Positions 29,259 through 38,053 of a DNA stretch of 64,000 nucleotides are shown here, piece by piece. Both the position numbers and the translations under genes were made by a program. The stretch is from positions 173,222-237,221 of the forward strand of contig JBEKVT010000001.1 in NCBI GenBank assembly GCA_049997795.1, written 5' to 3'. The notes under the pieces were generated by a model. The model did not search any database and was not told the DNA's origin. It saw nothing but the letters and a program-made list of their open reading frames with translations. This stretch comes from Minisyncoccia bacterium. GTDB lineage: Bacteria; Patescibacteriota; Minisyncoccia; Phycocordibacterales; PALSA-1337. Numbering within the stretch: position 1 is the stretch's first letter; each line of letters begins with the position of its first letter.

Positions 29259-31196
29259 ATGAAAAAGCACTTGCCGCGCATAATCTGTATCTTCTCTCTC
29301 TCCACCTTGATCGTCGGGGTGTTCGGCCACGTGGCGCAGGCACAGTCCATCATCAGCAGCGTGCTCGGCTACGGCAACTTCGCCGCCCTTTTTGCCGAAG
29401 TCGTCGCCACGTTCATGAACTGGCTGATCACGGGCATGAGCGTCCTATTGGCCCTGGCCGGCTATCTCCTCAATTTCTCCATAAACCTCACTCTGAACAT
29501 CAAGAGCTTCGTGGACAGCTCCCCCGCCATATACAACACCTGGCGGGCCATCAGGGACATCAGTGACATGTTCATCATCTTCGTCCTTCTGTACGCCGCC
29601 ATCAGGCTCATCTTGGGCTTCGACGCCAAGTTCGGCTCGCTCATCAAGAACATCGTCGTCGCCGGCGTGCTCATAAATTTCAGCTTCTTCTTCGCCGGCC
29701 TGGGCATCGACGCCTCGAACATCATATCCGTACAGCTCTACAACGCCATCGCGCCGGCCAACAGCCTGAACGCCGGCACAGTGAGCTCGAACATGTTCCA
29801 AGGCAGCTTCACGACCGGTCTTGACGGCGGGCTGTCGGACGTCTTCATGAGCTCGCTGAAGATCCCGGCCCTGTATAACGAGAGCCTCACGGACCAGTCG
29901 GCCGCGAGCAAGACGGTGAGCGGGAATACCATCGGGGCGGGCACGGTTTCGGCGCCGCTCAAGATATTCCTCATGGGGGTAGTGGCGCTCGTGATAGAGC
30001 TGACCGCTACCCTGAGCTTCGCCGTGGCGGCCCTCGCCTTCGTCATCAGGTTCGTGATACTCCTATTGCTCCTGGCTTTCTCGCCGATATGGTTCGCCTC
30101 TCATGTGGTGCCAATGACGGCGGAATACGCCAAGAAATGGGTCAGTGCCTACAAGGGCATGCTCATCTTCATGCCGGCTTATCTCCTGCTCATGTATCTA
30201 GCCCTGAACGTCCTCACCACCAGCCCGCTTTTCGGCACCCTGAACAGCGCGGGGGCGCTGGGGAACGGGAAGTGGTACAGCGACTTCCTCGTCCTCGGCG
30301 TCAACGCCGCCATCGTCATCATCCTACTGAACGCGCCTCTGGTCGCCGCCGCCTCGATCGCCGGCACCTCGATCCCGCTCCTCGACAAGGCCGCCAAGAG
30401 CATCGGAGCTAGAGCGATATGGGGCAGGGTCGGGGGGTTTGCCGGGACGCACACCGCGGGCGCCTGGGCCGGCAGACTGGACAAGGGCCTCGCCGGTACG
30501 TGGGCCGGGAATACCCTGCTTGGAAGGGATATAAGGGATGTGACTACCGGCCCTCTGGCCAAGAGCAGGATGGGCGGAGTCCGTTCTTATGAGGAGAGGG
30601 TCACCGCCAGGAAAGAGGTGACTAAGAAGGCCAAGGAAATAGAGCACGGCGAAAGATTGGACAGCCTTCTAGACGAGGTCAAGGCCGGCAAGCCGATGAA
30701 GATCGACCCTGTCACTGGCAAACCCATGATAATGTCGATCATCGGGCAGATGAATGAGAAAGAGAAGCTGGCATTCATCGGGAAGAATGTCAAGGACGAG
30801 GCGGCTCTCAAGGAGATAATCAAACATGTCAAATCGTCAGACTTCGAGGCCGTCAAAAAATCAGACGATCTCCTGGATGAAGAGAAGATAAAGATCGCTA
30901 ACATGCGCAAGGACGCCTTGAACGACGCCCTCAGTAAACACCAGGCTGAAGCAATAAAGAACATGCTGGATAATATGGACGGCAAGGAGCTGCTGAAGCT
31001 TGGCGGCGGCACCTTGATACTCGATGAGGTGATCGGCAACTTGAAACCGAGCCAACTCAAGAATATGGCTGACGAGGGGCTGGATGACACGACAAAGCGC
31101 GTCATTGGGGGCGCGATAGATACGTGGCTCACTGCTCACGGAACTCCTCATCGCGCCAGAGGATATGTGAACAAGAATAGAGCCGAATGGACATGA
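29259..31196 (+). CDS. VirB6/TrbL-like polytopic membrane protein with long charged C-terminal domain
   Basis: signal peptide MKKHLPRIICIFSLSTLIVGVFGHVAQAQS, then at least 6 hydrophobic helices (e.g. LLMYLALNVLTTSPLFG), then a 250-aa Lys/Glu-rich coiled-coil-like tail; sits just upstream of the VirB3-like and VirB4 genes as in Gram-positive T4SS operons. Confidence 0.5.
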   Translation: MKKHLPRIICIFSLSTLIVGVFGHVAQAQSIISSVLGYGNFAALFAEVVATFMNWLITGMSVLLALAGYLLNFSINLTLNIKSFVDSSPAIYNTWRAIRDISDMFIIFVLLYAAIRLILGFDAKFGSLIKNIVVAGVLINFSFFFAGLGIDASNIISVQLYNAIAPANSLNAGTVSSNMFQGSFTTGLDGGLSDVFMSSLKIPALYNESLTDQSAASKTVSGNTIGAGTVSAPLKIFLMGVVALVIELTATLSFAVAALAFVIRFVILLLLLAFSPIWFASHVVPMTAEYAKKWVSAYKGMLIFMPAYLLLMYLALNVLTTSPLFGTLNSAGALGNGKWYSDFLVLGVNAAIVIILLNAPLVAAASIAGTSIPLLDKAAKSIGARAIWGRVGGFAGTHTAGAWAGRLDKGLAGTWAGNTLLGRDIRDVTTGPLAKSRMGGVRSYEERVTARKEVTKKAKEIEHGERLDSLLDEVKAGKPMKIDPVTGKPMIMSIIGQMNEKEKLAFIGKNVKDEAALKEIIKHVKSSDFEAVKKSDDLLDEEKIKIANMRKDALNDALSKHQAEAIKNMLDNMDGKELLKLGGGTLILDEVIGNLKPSQLKNMADEGLDDTTKRVIGGAIDTWLTAHGTPHRARGYVNKNRAEWT

Positions 31197-31864
31197 ATAT
31201 GAACCCACAAGAAGTACCAGAGACAATCAAGAGGTTGGCCGATGACCCGAAGATATATGACGCGATAGAAAAAATCGGGGACAAATTCGACCTGCACATC
31301 GATCAGATCGGGGACCTGGATGCGGAGGTGCGCAGGGTCATACTCGGCATAAGCAAGCCGACTGAGTTCATAAAAAACATCGCTAAGCTGCTGGAGATCG
31401 ACCAAGACAAGGGGGGGCGGATAGCTGAAGAGATAAACAAAGACGTAATTCAATCTATAAGATCCGAGCTGCAGTCACAGACATCGGATAACAGAGCCGC
31501 CGATAACCTATCTCCCATCGAGCGCGCTGGCGGTTTCGAGATAGAGCGGGAACCGGCGAAAAACGCCTCAGACGAGAAGGCCCGGGCCATGACGGAGACC
31601 CAGAAGATAAACATGCTCTCGGACATCGAGAGTCCGACGCCCATCAGGAAGGCGGTCCCGCAGGGCGAAGAGACCTTGAAGACGCTGCAGGGCGAAGAGA
31701 TCAGAAGGGAGCCTTTGGTAGATAGGCTTCTCAAGAATCCTTTGTCCCTTCCGGAGGAAAAGGTCGAGGGGGTCCCGGAAAGGGCACCGGCAGCGAGACC
31801 AGCGCCGAAGGCGGAGCCGCCGCGCAACCTGCCGACGAACGATCTTTATAGGGAGCCCGTCTGA
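31193..31864 (+). CDS. hypothetical acidic soluble protein
   Basis: start overlaps the preceding stop (ATGA); Asp/Glu-rich, no TM segments. Confidence 0.4.
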   Translation: MNMNPQEVPETIKRLADDPKIYDAIEKIGDKFDLHIDQIGDLDAEVRRVILGISKPTEFIKNIAKLLEIDQDKGGRIAEEINKDVIQSIRSELQSQTSDNRAADNLSPIERAGGFEIEREPAKNASDEKARAMTETQKINMLSDIESPTPIRKAVPQGEETLKTLQGEEIRREPLVDRLLKNPLSLPEEKVEGVPERAPAARPAPKAEPPRNLPTNDLYREPV

Positions 31865-31892
31865 CGGCCGCTTTTTGGGCATTGGCTGCCTC

Positions 31893-31903
31893 TGCGGTAT
31901 AAT
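31893..31903 (+). promoter_or_regulatory. -10 element TATAAT 11 nt upstream of the ATG at 31915
   Basis: ctgcggTATAATagaaggccaagATG. Confidence 0.4.
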
Positions 31904-31914
31904 AGAAGGCCAAG

Positions 31915-32349
31915 ATGCGCTTCCAAGTCCCTCAATTCATCGAGGTCGAAGACAGGATCTTCGGGCCGCTCACTCTGAAACAATTCATATATCTGGCCGG
32001 GGGCGGCGGGCTTTCTTTCCTCGTATACGTCCTCGTCGGGAACATCGCCATAGCCATCCTTCCTATCCTCGTCATCATGGGGGGCGTATCGGCCTTGGCG
32101 TTCTATAAGGTCAACAACAAGCCCCTGATCGGCGTCCTGGAGTCGGCTTTCAAATACTGGCTCGGGGGCAAATTGTACATCTGGAAGAAAGAGGCCCGGC
32201 AGCCGCCGACCACGGCCGAAGCCGCAGCCAAGGACGTCAAGAGCTTCGCCTCGGTCATGGTGCCGAAGATCTCCGACAGCAAGCTGAAGGACTTGTCATG
32301 GAGCCTGGATATCAAAGAGAGCATATATTCGAGCAAGGATCAAAAGTGA
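31915..32349 (+). CDS. PrgI/TcpE-like (VirB3-like) small T4SS membrane protein
   Basis: N-terminus MRFQVPQFIEVEDRIFGPLTLKQFIYLAGGGG followed by two TM helices; matches the PrgI-family pattern of Gram-positive conjugation systems; stop overlaps the next start (TGATG). Confidence 0.55.
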   Translation: MRFQVPQFIEVEDRIFGPLTLKQFIYLAGGGGLSFLVYVLVGNIAIAILPILVIMGGVSALAFYKVNNKPLIGVLESAFKYWLGGKLYIWKKEARQPPTTAEAAAKDVKSFASVMVPKISDSKLKDLSWSLDIKESIYSSKDQK

Positions 32350-32993
32350 TGGCCAAGACCCAAGACACAACCCAGGATTTCGTGCCGATCCAGGAGATCC
32401 GCGACGGCGTGGTCATCCTGAAAGACGGCGGCATGCGCGCCATCATCCTGGCGACTTCCCTCAATTTCGCCCTGAAATCGGGTGATGAGCAGAGCGCCAT
32501 CCTGCTCCAGTTCCAGAATTTCCTGAACTCGCTGGACTTCTCCATCCAGATCTTCGTCCAGTCGAAGAAGCTCGACATCCGCCCCTACATCGCCCTCCTC
32601 GAAGACCGATACAAAGAGCAGGTGACTGAGCTCATGAAGATCCAGGTCCGCGAGTACATCGAGTTCATCAAGACCTTCGTGGAATCCACCAATATCATGT
32701 CTAAGAGCTTCTTCGTGGTCATACCGTATGACCCGCCGATACTATCGAACAAGAAGAACCCTCTTTCAGGCGTCTTTGGCGGCAAGAAGAAGGGCGGAGC
32801 GGGAGCCGCGGCCTCGCTCGACCAGCAATTCCAGGAATATCGGGGCCAGCTCGAGCAGCGCGTGGCGGTGGTCGAACAGGGCCTGGTGCGATGCGGCATC
32901 AGGGCGGCCGAGCTCGGCACCGAAGAGGTGGTGGAGCTATTCTATAAGATCTTCAATCCCGGCGAGACCGAGAAGCCTATACAGATAACATGA
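32349..32993 (+). CDS. virB4: VirB4-family ATPase, N-terminal domain fragment (split gene)
   Basis: DFVPIQEIRDGVVILKDGGMRAIILATSLNFALKSGDEQSAILLQFQNFLNSLDFSIQIF resembles the N-terminus of Gram-positive VirB4 homologues (ConE/PrgJ/TcpF type); ends with ATGA overlap onto the next ORF in another frame. Confidence 0.6.
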   Translation: MAKTQDTTQDFVPIQEIRDGVVILKDGGMRAIILATSLNFALKSGDEQSAILLQFQNFLNSLDFSIQIFVQSKKLDIRPYIALLEDRYKEQVTELMKIQVREYIEFIKTFVESTNIMSKSFFVVIPYDPPILSNKKNPLSGVFGGKKKGGAGAAASLDQQFQEYRGQLEQRVAVVEQGLVRCGIRAAELGTEEVVELFYKIFNPGETEKPIQIT

Positions 32994-34804
32994 GCATATT
33001 CTCGAAATTATTCGGCAAAAAGGCGCCTTCGCCCATCGTCTCGGTCCTCCCCGAAGAGATATATCAGGCTGGGGTCTTGGAATTGAAGGACGTCATCGCC
33101 CCGTCGGCCCTGAAGGTGAGCCCCAAGGACGTCAACCTGGGCGAGAAGGTCGGCCGGACGCTCTTCGTCATCTCATATCCGCGCTTCCTGGACGAGAGCT
33201 GGTTCGCGCCGATTATAAATCTCGACAAGGTCTTCAACGTCTCCATATTCATCCATCCCGTCGACACCGCCAAGATCCTTCGCCACTTCCAGAAGAAGGT
33301 CGCTGAGGTCCAGAGCCAGATATCGAGAAGGGAAGAGAAGGGCTTGGTCAGGGACCCGGCCCTCGACACCGCCTATCAGGACCTGGAGACCCTTCGCGAC
33401 CAGCTGATGCAGGCCCAGGAGCACCTTTTCGACGTCGGCGTCTACATAACCATCTTCGCCGACTCCGAGAACGAGCTAGACAAGCTGGAGTCGGAGATCA
33501 AATCAATCCTCGAAGCCAAGCTGGTCTATCTGAAACCGGCCTTGTTCCAGCAGGAGCAGGGCTTCAAGAGCGTCATCCCGATCGGCGATGACCAGCTGGC
33601 GGTCCATTCAAAATTGAATTCCTCGCCCCTCTCGAGCGTCTTCCCGTTCGTGTCCTTCGATCTGACTTCCAACAAGGGCATCCTTTACGGCATCAACCGC
33701 CACAACTCCTCGCTGGTCCTCTTCGATCGTTACTCCCTGGAGAACTATAATTCGGTGACCTTTGCCGTGGCCGGCGCCGGTAAATCCTACTGCACAAAGC
33801 TCGAGATCCTCCGCACTCTTATGTTCGACGGCGATGTCCTGGTCATCGACCCTGAGAAGGAATATGAGTACATGTCGGAGGCCACCGGCGGCAAGTATTT
33901 CAACATCTCCCTCAATTCCGAGCATCATATTAACCCGTTCGACCTGCCGGCCGTGGCCGAGGACGAATCCGCCGCAGACGTCTTGCGCTCGAACATCATC
34001 AACCTGGTCGGCCTCTTCCGCATCATGTTGGGCGGCCTTTCCCAGGAAGAAGACGCCATCATCGACCGGGCCATCACCGAGACTTACGCCCTGAAAGACA
34101 TCACCGCCGAATCAAATTTCCAGAGCGTGGAGCCGCCGCTCCTGTCCGACTTCGAGATGGTCCTCGCGGGGATGGAGGGCGCGGACTCGCTGGTCCAGCG
34201 CCTGACCAAGTACACCAAAGGCACGTGGTCCGGCTTCATCAACCGCCCGTCCAACATCGACATCAACAACAAATTCATCGTCTTCTCGCTCCGCGACATG
34301 GAAGACGAGCTCAAGCCGGTGGCTATGTACATCGTCACCCATTACATCTGGAACGCCGTCCGAAGGGTCAGGAAGAAGAGGCTTCTGGTCATAGATGAGG
34401 CTTGGTGGATGATGAAATCAGAAGACACGGCCTCGTTCCTGTTCAGCCTGGCCAAGCGGGGCCGCAAATACTATCTGGGCTTGGCCACCATCACCCAAGA
34501 CGTGGATGACTTCTTGAGGTCCCCGTACGGCCTGCCGATCCTCACGAACTCGTCCATCCAGATACTCTTGAAGCAATCGCCGACGATCATCGACCATATC
34601 CAGAAGACATTCAATCTGACCGATGAAGAGAAGTACCTGCTCCTCGAATCCGACGTCGGCGAGGGCATCTTCTTCGTCGGCCTGAAGCATGTGGCCATCC
34701 AGATCCGCGCCTCGTACACCGAAGACCAAATCATAACCACCAATCCGGCCCAGGTCATGCAGATCGAGCAGGCCAAGAGGGACCTCGAGCAGGCCGGGGG
34801 CTGA
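32990..34804 (+). CDS. virB4: VirB4-family T4SS ATPase (C-terminal AAA domain-containing part)
   Basis: Walker A AVAGAGKSYCTKLE, Walker B LLVIDEAWWMM, downstream GLATITQD; 604 aa. Confidence 0.8.
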   Translation: MSIFSKLFGKKAPSPIVSVLPEEIYQAGVLELKDVIAPSALKVSPKDVNLGEKVGRTLFVISYPRFLDESWFAPIINLDKVFNVSIFIHPVDTAKILRHFQKKVAEVQSQISRREEKGLVRDPALDTAYQDLETLRDQLMQAQEHLFDVGVYITIFADSENELDKLESEIKSILEAKLVYLKPALFQQEQGFKSVIPIGDDQLAVHSKLNSSPLSSVFPFVSFDLTSNKGILYGINRHNSSLVLFDRYSLENYNSVTFAVAGAGKSYCTKLEILRTLMFDGDVLVIDPEKEYEYMSEATGGKYFNISLNSEHHINPFDLPAVAEDESAADVLRSNIINLVGLFRIMLGGLSQEEDAIIDRAITETYALKDITAESNFQSVEPPLLSDFEMVLAGMEGADSLVQRLTKYTKGTWSGFINRPSNIDINNKFIVFSLRDMEDELKPVAMYIVTHYIWNAVRRVRKKRLLVIDEAWWMMKSEDTASFLFSLAKRGRKYYLGLATITQDVDDFLRSPYGLPILTNSSIQILLKQSPTIIDHIQKTFNLTDEEKYLLLESDVGEGIFFVGLKHVAIQIRASYTEDQIITTNPAQVMQIEQAKRDLEQAGG

Positions 34805-34809
34805 CGACG

Positions 34810-35457
34810 ATGGCCTCGCGCATAGGAAAAGGGGAATGGATCGCCTTGTATGCCGCAACCGGCGCGATCGATCTCATCCAGTTCCTGATCGATTTCACCG
34901 GCGTCGGCGCCGGGGTGAACGAGGCCGCCGATCCGTTCATTGGCGTCGCTCTCGGCGGCTACTTCCAGCTGCGCGGAGTCTCGATGATCAAAAATATCAG
35001 CCGCCTCATGTCGCTTCTCGGCGTCGTCGGGTTGGAGGAAGTGACTTTCGGGGTCGCACCGGCCTGGGTCGTGGACACGTGGTACATCCACAAGACCGTG
35101 CGCCAAGAGAAAGTGGAACAAGAGGAGCAAGAACAGGGCGAGGCCGTAACTTTGAACGTGGCCGATCGGCCCTTGAATCAAGATGGTCGGCGTGAGCCAT
35201 CAGCAGACGGCTCCAAGCCGAGCCGCAACCAAGGTCTCCAACCGCTCAATGTGGACGGTGTAAGGTCACCAAGACCGTCATTGAGTTCGACAATAGGCTC
35301 GGCCGAGTTCAAATCACGGACGGAGAAAGAGATTCAGGATAAAACATATATTCAGGCCAAGTTGAGGGGCTATACTGAGGAACAAGCGACTGAACAGGCG
35401 ACAAACGCAACAAAACCTGATTATAAACAGGTCTGGAAGGCACACGGCGACAGTTAA
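34810..35457 (+). CDS. hypothetical membrane protein
   Basis: 215 aa, 2-3 hydrophobic helices in the N-terminal half, hydrophilic Glu/Gln-rich tail. Confidence 0.4.
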   Translation: MASRIGKGEWIALYAATGAIDLIQFLIDFTGVGAGVNEAADPFIGVALGGYFQLRGVSMIKNISRLMSLLGVVGLEEVTFGVAPAWVVDTWYIHKTVRQEKVEQEEQEQGEAVTLNVADRPLNQDGRREPSADGSKPSRNQGLQPLNVDGVRSPRPSLSSTIGSAEFKSRTEKEIQDKTYIQAKLRGYTEEQATEQATNATKPDYKQVWKAHGDS

Positions 35458-35493
35458 CCGTGCATAACCCGATATCACAGGAGTCTGATTATC

Positions 35494-35502
35494 TGATAAA
35501 AT
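35494..35502 (+). promoter_or_regulatory. internal extended -10 TGaTAAAAT 7 nt upstream of the ATG at 35510
   Basis: tctGATAAAATacagccaATG. Confidence 0.35.
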
Positions 35503-35509
35503 ACAGCCA

Positions 35510-36556
35510 ATGAATCGGTCCGTTCTTCTCTTCAAAACCGTTTTGTTGGTCATGGCTATCTCAGCCGTGGCGGCTTCGGCGGCCTTCGCCCAGGGCATCC
35601 CGACGACCATAGGTGGCCTGGAGCTCACAGCCTCGTCCGACAGCCCGGCCCCGGGCCAGTCAGTGACCATCACGGCCGCGAGCTACAGCGTCGATATCAA
35701 CGCCGCGAATCTGGTTTGGACGGCTGGCGGTAAGACGATAGCCAAGGGAGTCGGTGTAACAAGCGTCACGGTCCAGGCCCCGGCCTTGGGCAAGCGGCTC
35801 AAGGTGAACGTGTCGGCGGTCGCCTCGGACGGGACCTCCTTTAATAGTTCCGTAGTCATAGGCTCCGGCGCAGTGGACCTCATAATCGAGCCTGACGGTT
35901 ATGCGCCTCCCTTTTTCAAAGGAAAGCTGCCTGTGGTATACCAGAATGCCGTTAAGGTCACCGCCGTGCCCCATCTCGCCAATTCTTCGGGGGTCGAGTA
36001 CGACCCCAAGACCTTGGTGTACAAGTGGCAACAGGGTGATTCGGTATTGCAAGACCAGTCTGGATACGGCAGGCAATCGGTCGTTATACAGGGCGGCATC
36101 ATCCCGCGGGCCTATACTCTGACGGCCACAGTGACGACCCGCGACGGCAGTACGCAAGGGATGGGACTAACCACGGTATCTTTCGGACCTCCATCCCTAA
36201 TTTTCTACAGGAACGATCCATTGTACGGGCCTCTTTTCAACAACGCCATAGGGAACAGTATATATCTGGGAACCCAGCGCGAGGCTGGCGTCCTCGCAGT
36301 ACCTTACGGCTTCGGCCTGCCGGCGTCTGGCCTCGGCGATTTGTCGCTCGCTTGGTTCATCAACGGCAAGGAGCATCCGGAGTTGGCGTCGGGCGATTCC
36401 GTCACCCTGCGCGCGCCGGACAATTCGGCTGGGTCGTCGAACATCGAGCTGGACGTCGACAATAAGATCGACATCCTCCAACAGGCCAGTGCCATATTCC
36501 AGGCGGTGTTCAACGCCGCGGCGAGCACTACCTCGCAGTCGCCGGTGACTTTTTAA
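35510..36556 (+). CDS. hypothetical secreted beta-rich protein
   Basis: signal peptide MNRSVLLFKTVLLVMAISAVAASAAFAQG; repetitive beta-strand-like segments (VTITAASYSVDINAANLVWTAGG, VTVQAPALGKRLKVNVSAVASDG), suggestive of Ig-like folds. Confidence 0.45.
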   Translation: MNRSVLLFKTVLLVMAISAVAASAAFAQGIPTTIGGLELTASSDSPAPGQSVTITAASYSVDINAANLVWTAGGKTIAKGVGVTSVTVQAPALGKRLKVNVSAVASDGTSFNSSVVIGSGAVDLIIEPDGYAPPFFKGKLPVVYQNAVKVTAVPHLANSSGVEYDPKTLVYKWQQGDSVLQDQSGYGRQSVVIQGGIIPRAYTLTATVTTRDGSTQGMGLTTVSFGPPSLIFYRNDPLYGPLFNNAIGNSIYLGTQREAGVLAVPYGFGLPASGLGDLSLAWFINGKEHPELASGDSVTLRAPDNSAGSSNIELDVDNKIDILQQASAIFQAVFNAAASTTSQSPVTF

Positions 36557-36607
36557 TCAAATTCCGTGGACAATTCTCATCTCAAATCAATCGTCAAGGG
36601 GGGCCTT

Positions 36608-38053
36608 ATGGCCGCGGCTCTTTTGGCGCTAGCGTTAATGACCCCGCTGGCGGCCTCAGCACAAACGGCATCGTCTGGTGTGACGTCATTTTCAGCAGAA
36701 CCATTAACTTTACCGACAACTCCTTCTCCACAGACAGCGCCATCCTCACTAACAACATTACCACCAGCAACGTTATCTTTACCCGCAACACCTTCTTCTG
36801 TGACGCCGTTTTCGGCAGCACCATTAACCTTGCCAACCTTATTGCCCACGGCGCCTTCACAAAACAACCCAGTAAACAACCCGGCGGCGCCGACGTATAC
36901 CCCCCTCGAGCCGTTGCCGTGCATCCCCACAGGGAGCAGCACCTCTTGCACGAGTGGCGGAGTAACTTACACCAGGGGAAGTTCGATGAGCAGCGTCGAT
37001 TTTCAGGGCTATATCCAATACATGTTCAACCTGGCCATCGCCGTGGCGGCGGCCGCGGCTGTATTCATGATCGTCTTCGGCGGCTTCCAGTATATGACCA
37101 CCGACTCGTGGCAAGGGAAGAGCGCCGGGTTGGATAAGGCCAGGAACGCCGTCTATGGCCTTCTTTTGGTGCTCGCCTCATACCTCATCCTGCGGACCAT
37201 TGATCCGCGCCTGGTGGCCATCCCGAGCACTTTGGTGGCGCCGCTCAACATCAATTATGGGGGCCTGACCACGTCCGAGAGCCTTCTTTCCACGATAGCA
37301 AGCGACGCCAATCAATACTTATCTCAAGACAAGCAGTTCATGGGCGACGCCGCGGCGACGCAAAGCAAGATAACCGACCTGGAATCTCAGAAGACAGCTC
37401 TGGAAAACAAGATATGTTCGGCTCCAGGAAACTCTTGTCCTGGAGGCCCGGACGTCGCCAACCAGATGTGCAGTGACGCGATCTCCAACAAAGACGACCC
37501 TATCTATAATGATTGCGTGGCCCTGGCAAAGCTCAACGATCAGGAAGGCGGGCTCAAAGGAACGCTGTGGACTGAGACTGCGCAACATCTCATGGCCGGC
37601 AATCTGAGCGCGTGCTTCTCGACCGGCGGCGCCCAGTCGGACCCATCCGCCCAAGCGGACGCCTGTCATAAAATGATCAATGATTGGGCTAATACCTACA
37701 GCGGTCTGTCGACCGGGGCGGGACAATCGGCTCAAATGATAAGCGACTACGCCGCCTACGCGAACGCCATCATCGATATCCAAAAAACTATCCTGGCCTA
37801 TAACCCCGGCGCGGCCTCGACAATCAACACACTTGAGAACATCCAGAGTATAGCGTCCCTCGGCGCATCGAAGGCCTTAGGGACGAACACCATCGTCAGT
37901 TGGCTGTTACCTAACAGCTTGACTACCTCCGGGACCGTCAAGGGCATACAATCCATAGCGGACAAGACGACCATTCAGGACCCGTCCTTGAGAGCCCAAT
38001 TCGTCAGCCAAGTGCAGGCGTATGAGGCGCAGCTCAACGGCGGCAGAAAATGA
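36608..38053 (+). CDS. secreted protein with tandem Pro/Ser/Thr repeats and a VirB2/TrbC-like two-helix hydrophobic hairpin (candidate pilin)
   Basis: start chosen at the ATG preceded by the Shine-Dalgarno AAGGGGGG; signal peptide MAAALLALALMTPLAASAQT; two roughly 40-aa repeats (VTSFSAEPLTLPTT / VTPFSAAPLTLPT); hairpin YMFNLAIAVAAAAAVFMIVFGG-FQYMTTDSWQGKSAGLDKARN-AVYGLLLVLASYLIL. Confidence 0.4.
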   Translation: MAAALLALALMTPLAASAQTASSGVTSFSAEPLTLPTTPSPQTAPSSLTTLPPATLSLPATPSSVTPFSAAPLTLPTLLPTAPSQNNPVNNPAAPTYTPLEPLPCIPTGSSTSCTSGGVTYTRGSSMSSVDFQGYIQYMFNLAIAVAAAAAVFMIVFGGFQYMTTDSWQGKSAGLDKARNAVYGLLLVLASYLILRTIDPRLVAIPSTLVAPLNINYGGLTTSESLLSTIASDANQYLSQDKQFMGDAAATQSKITDLESQKTALENKICSAPGNSCPGGPDVANQMCSDAISNKDDPIYNDCVALAKLNDQEGGLKGTLWTETAQHLMAGNLSACFSTGGAQSDPSAQADACHKMINDWANTYSGLSTGAGQSAQMISDYAAYANAIIDIQKTILAYNPGAASTINTLENIQSIASLGASKALGTNTIVSWLLPNSLTTSGTVKGIQSIADKTTIQDPSLRAQFVSQVQAYEAQLNGGRK

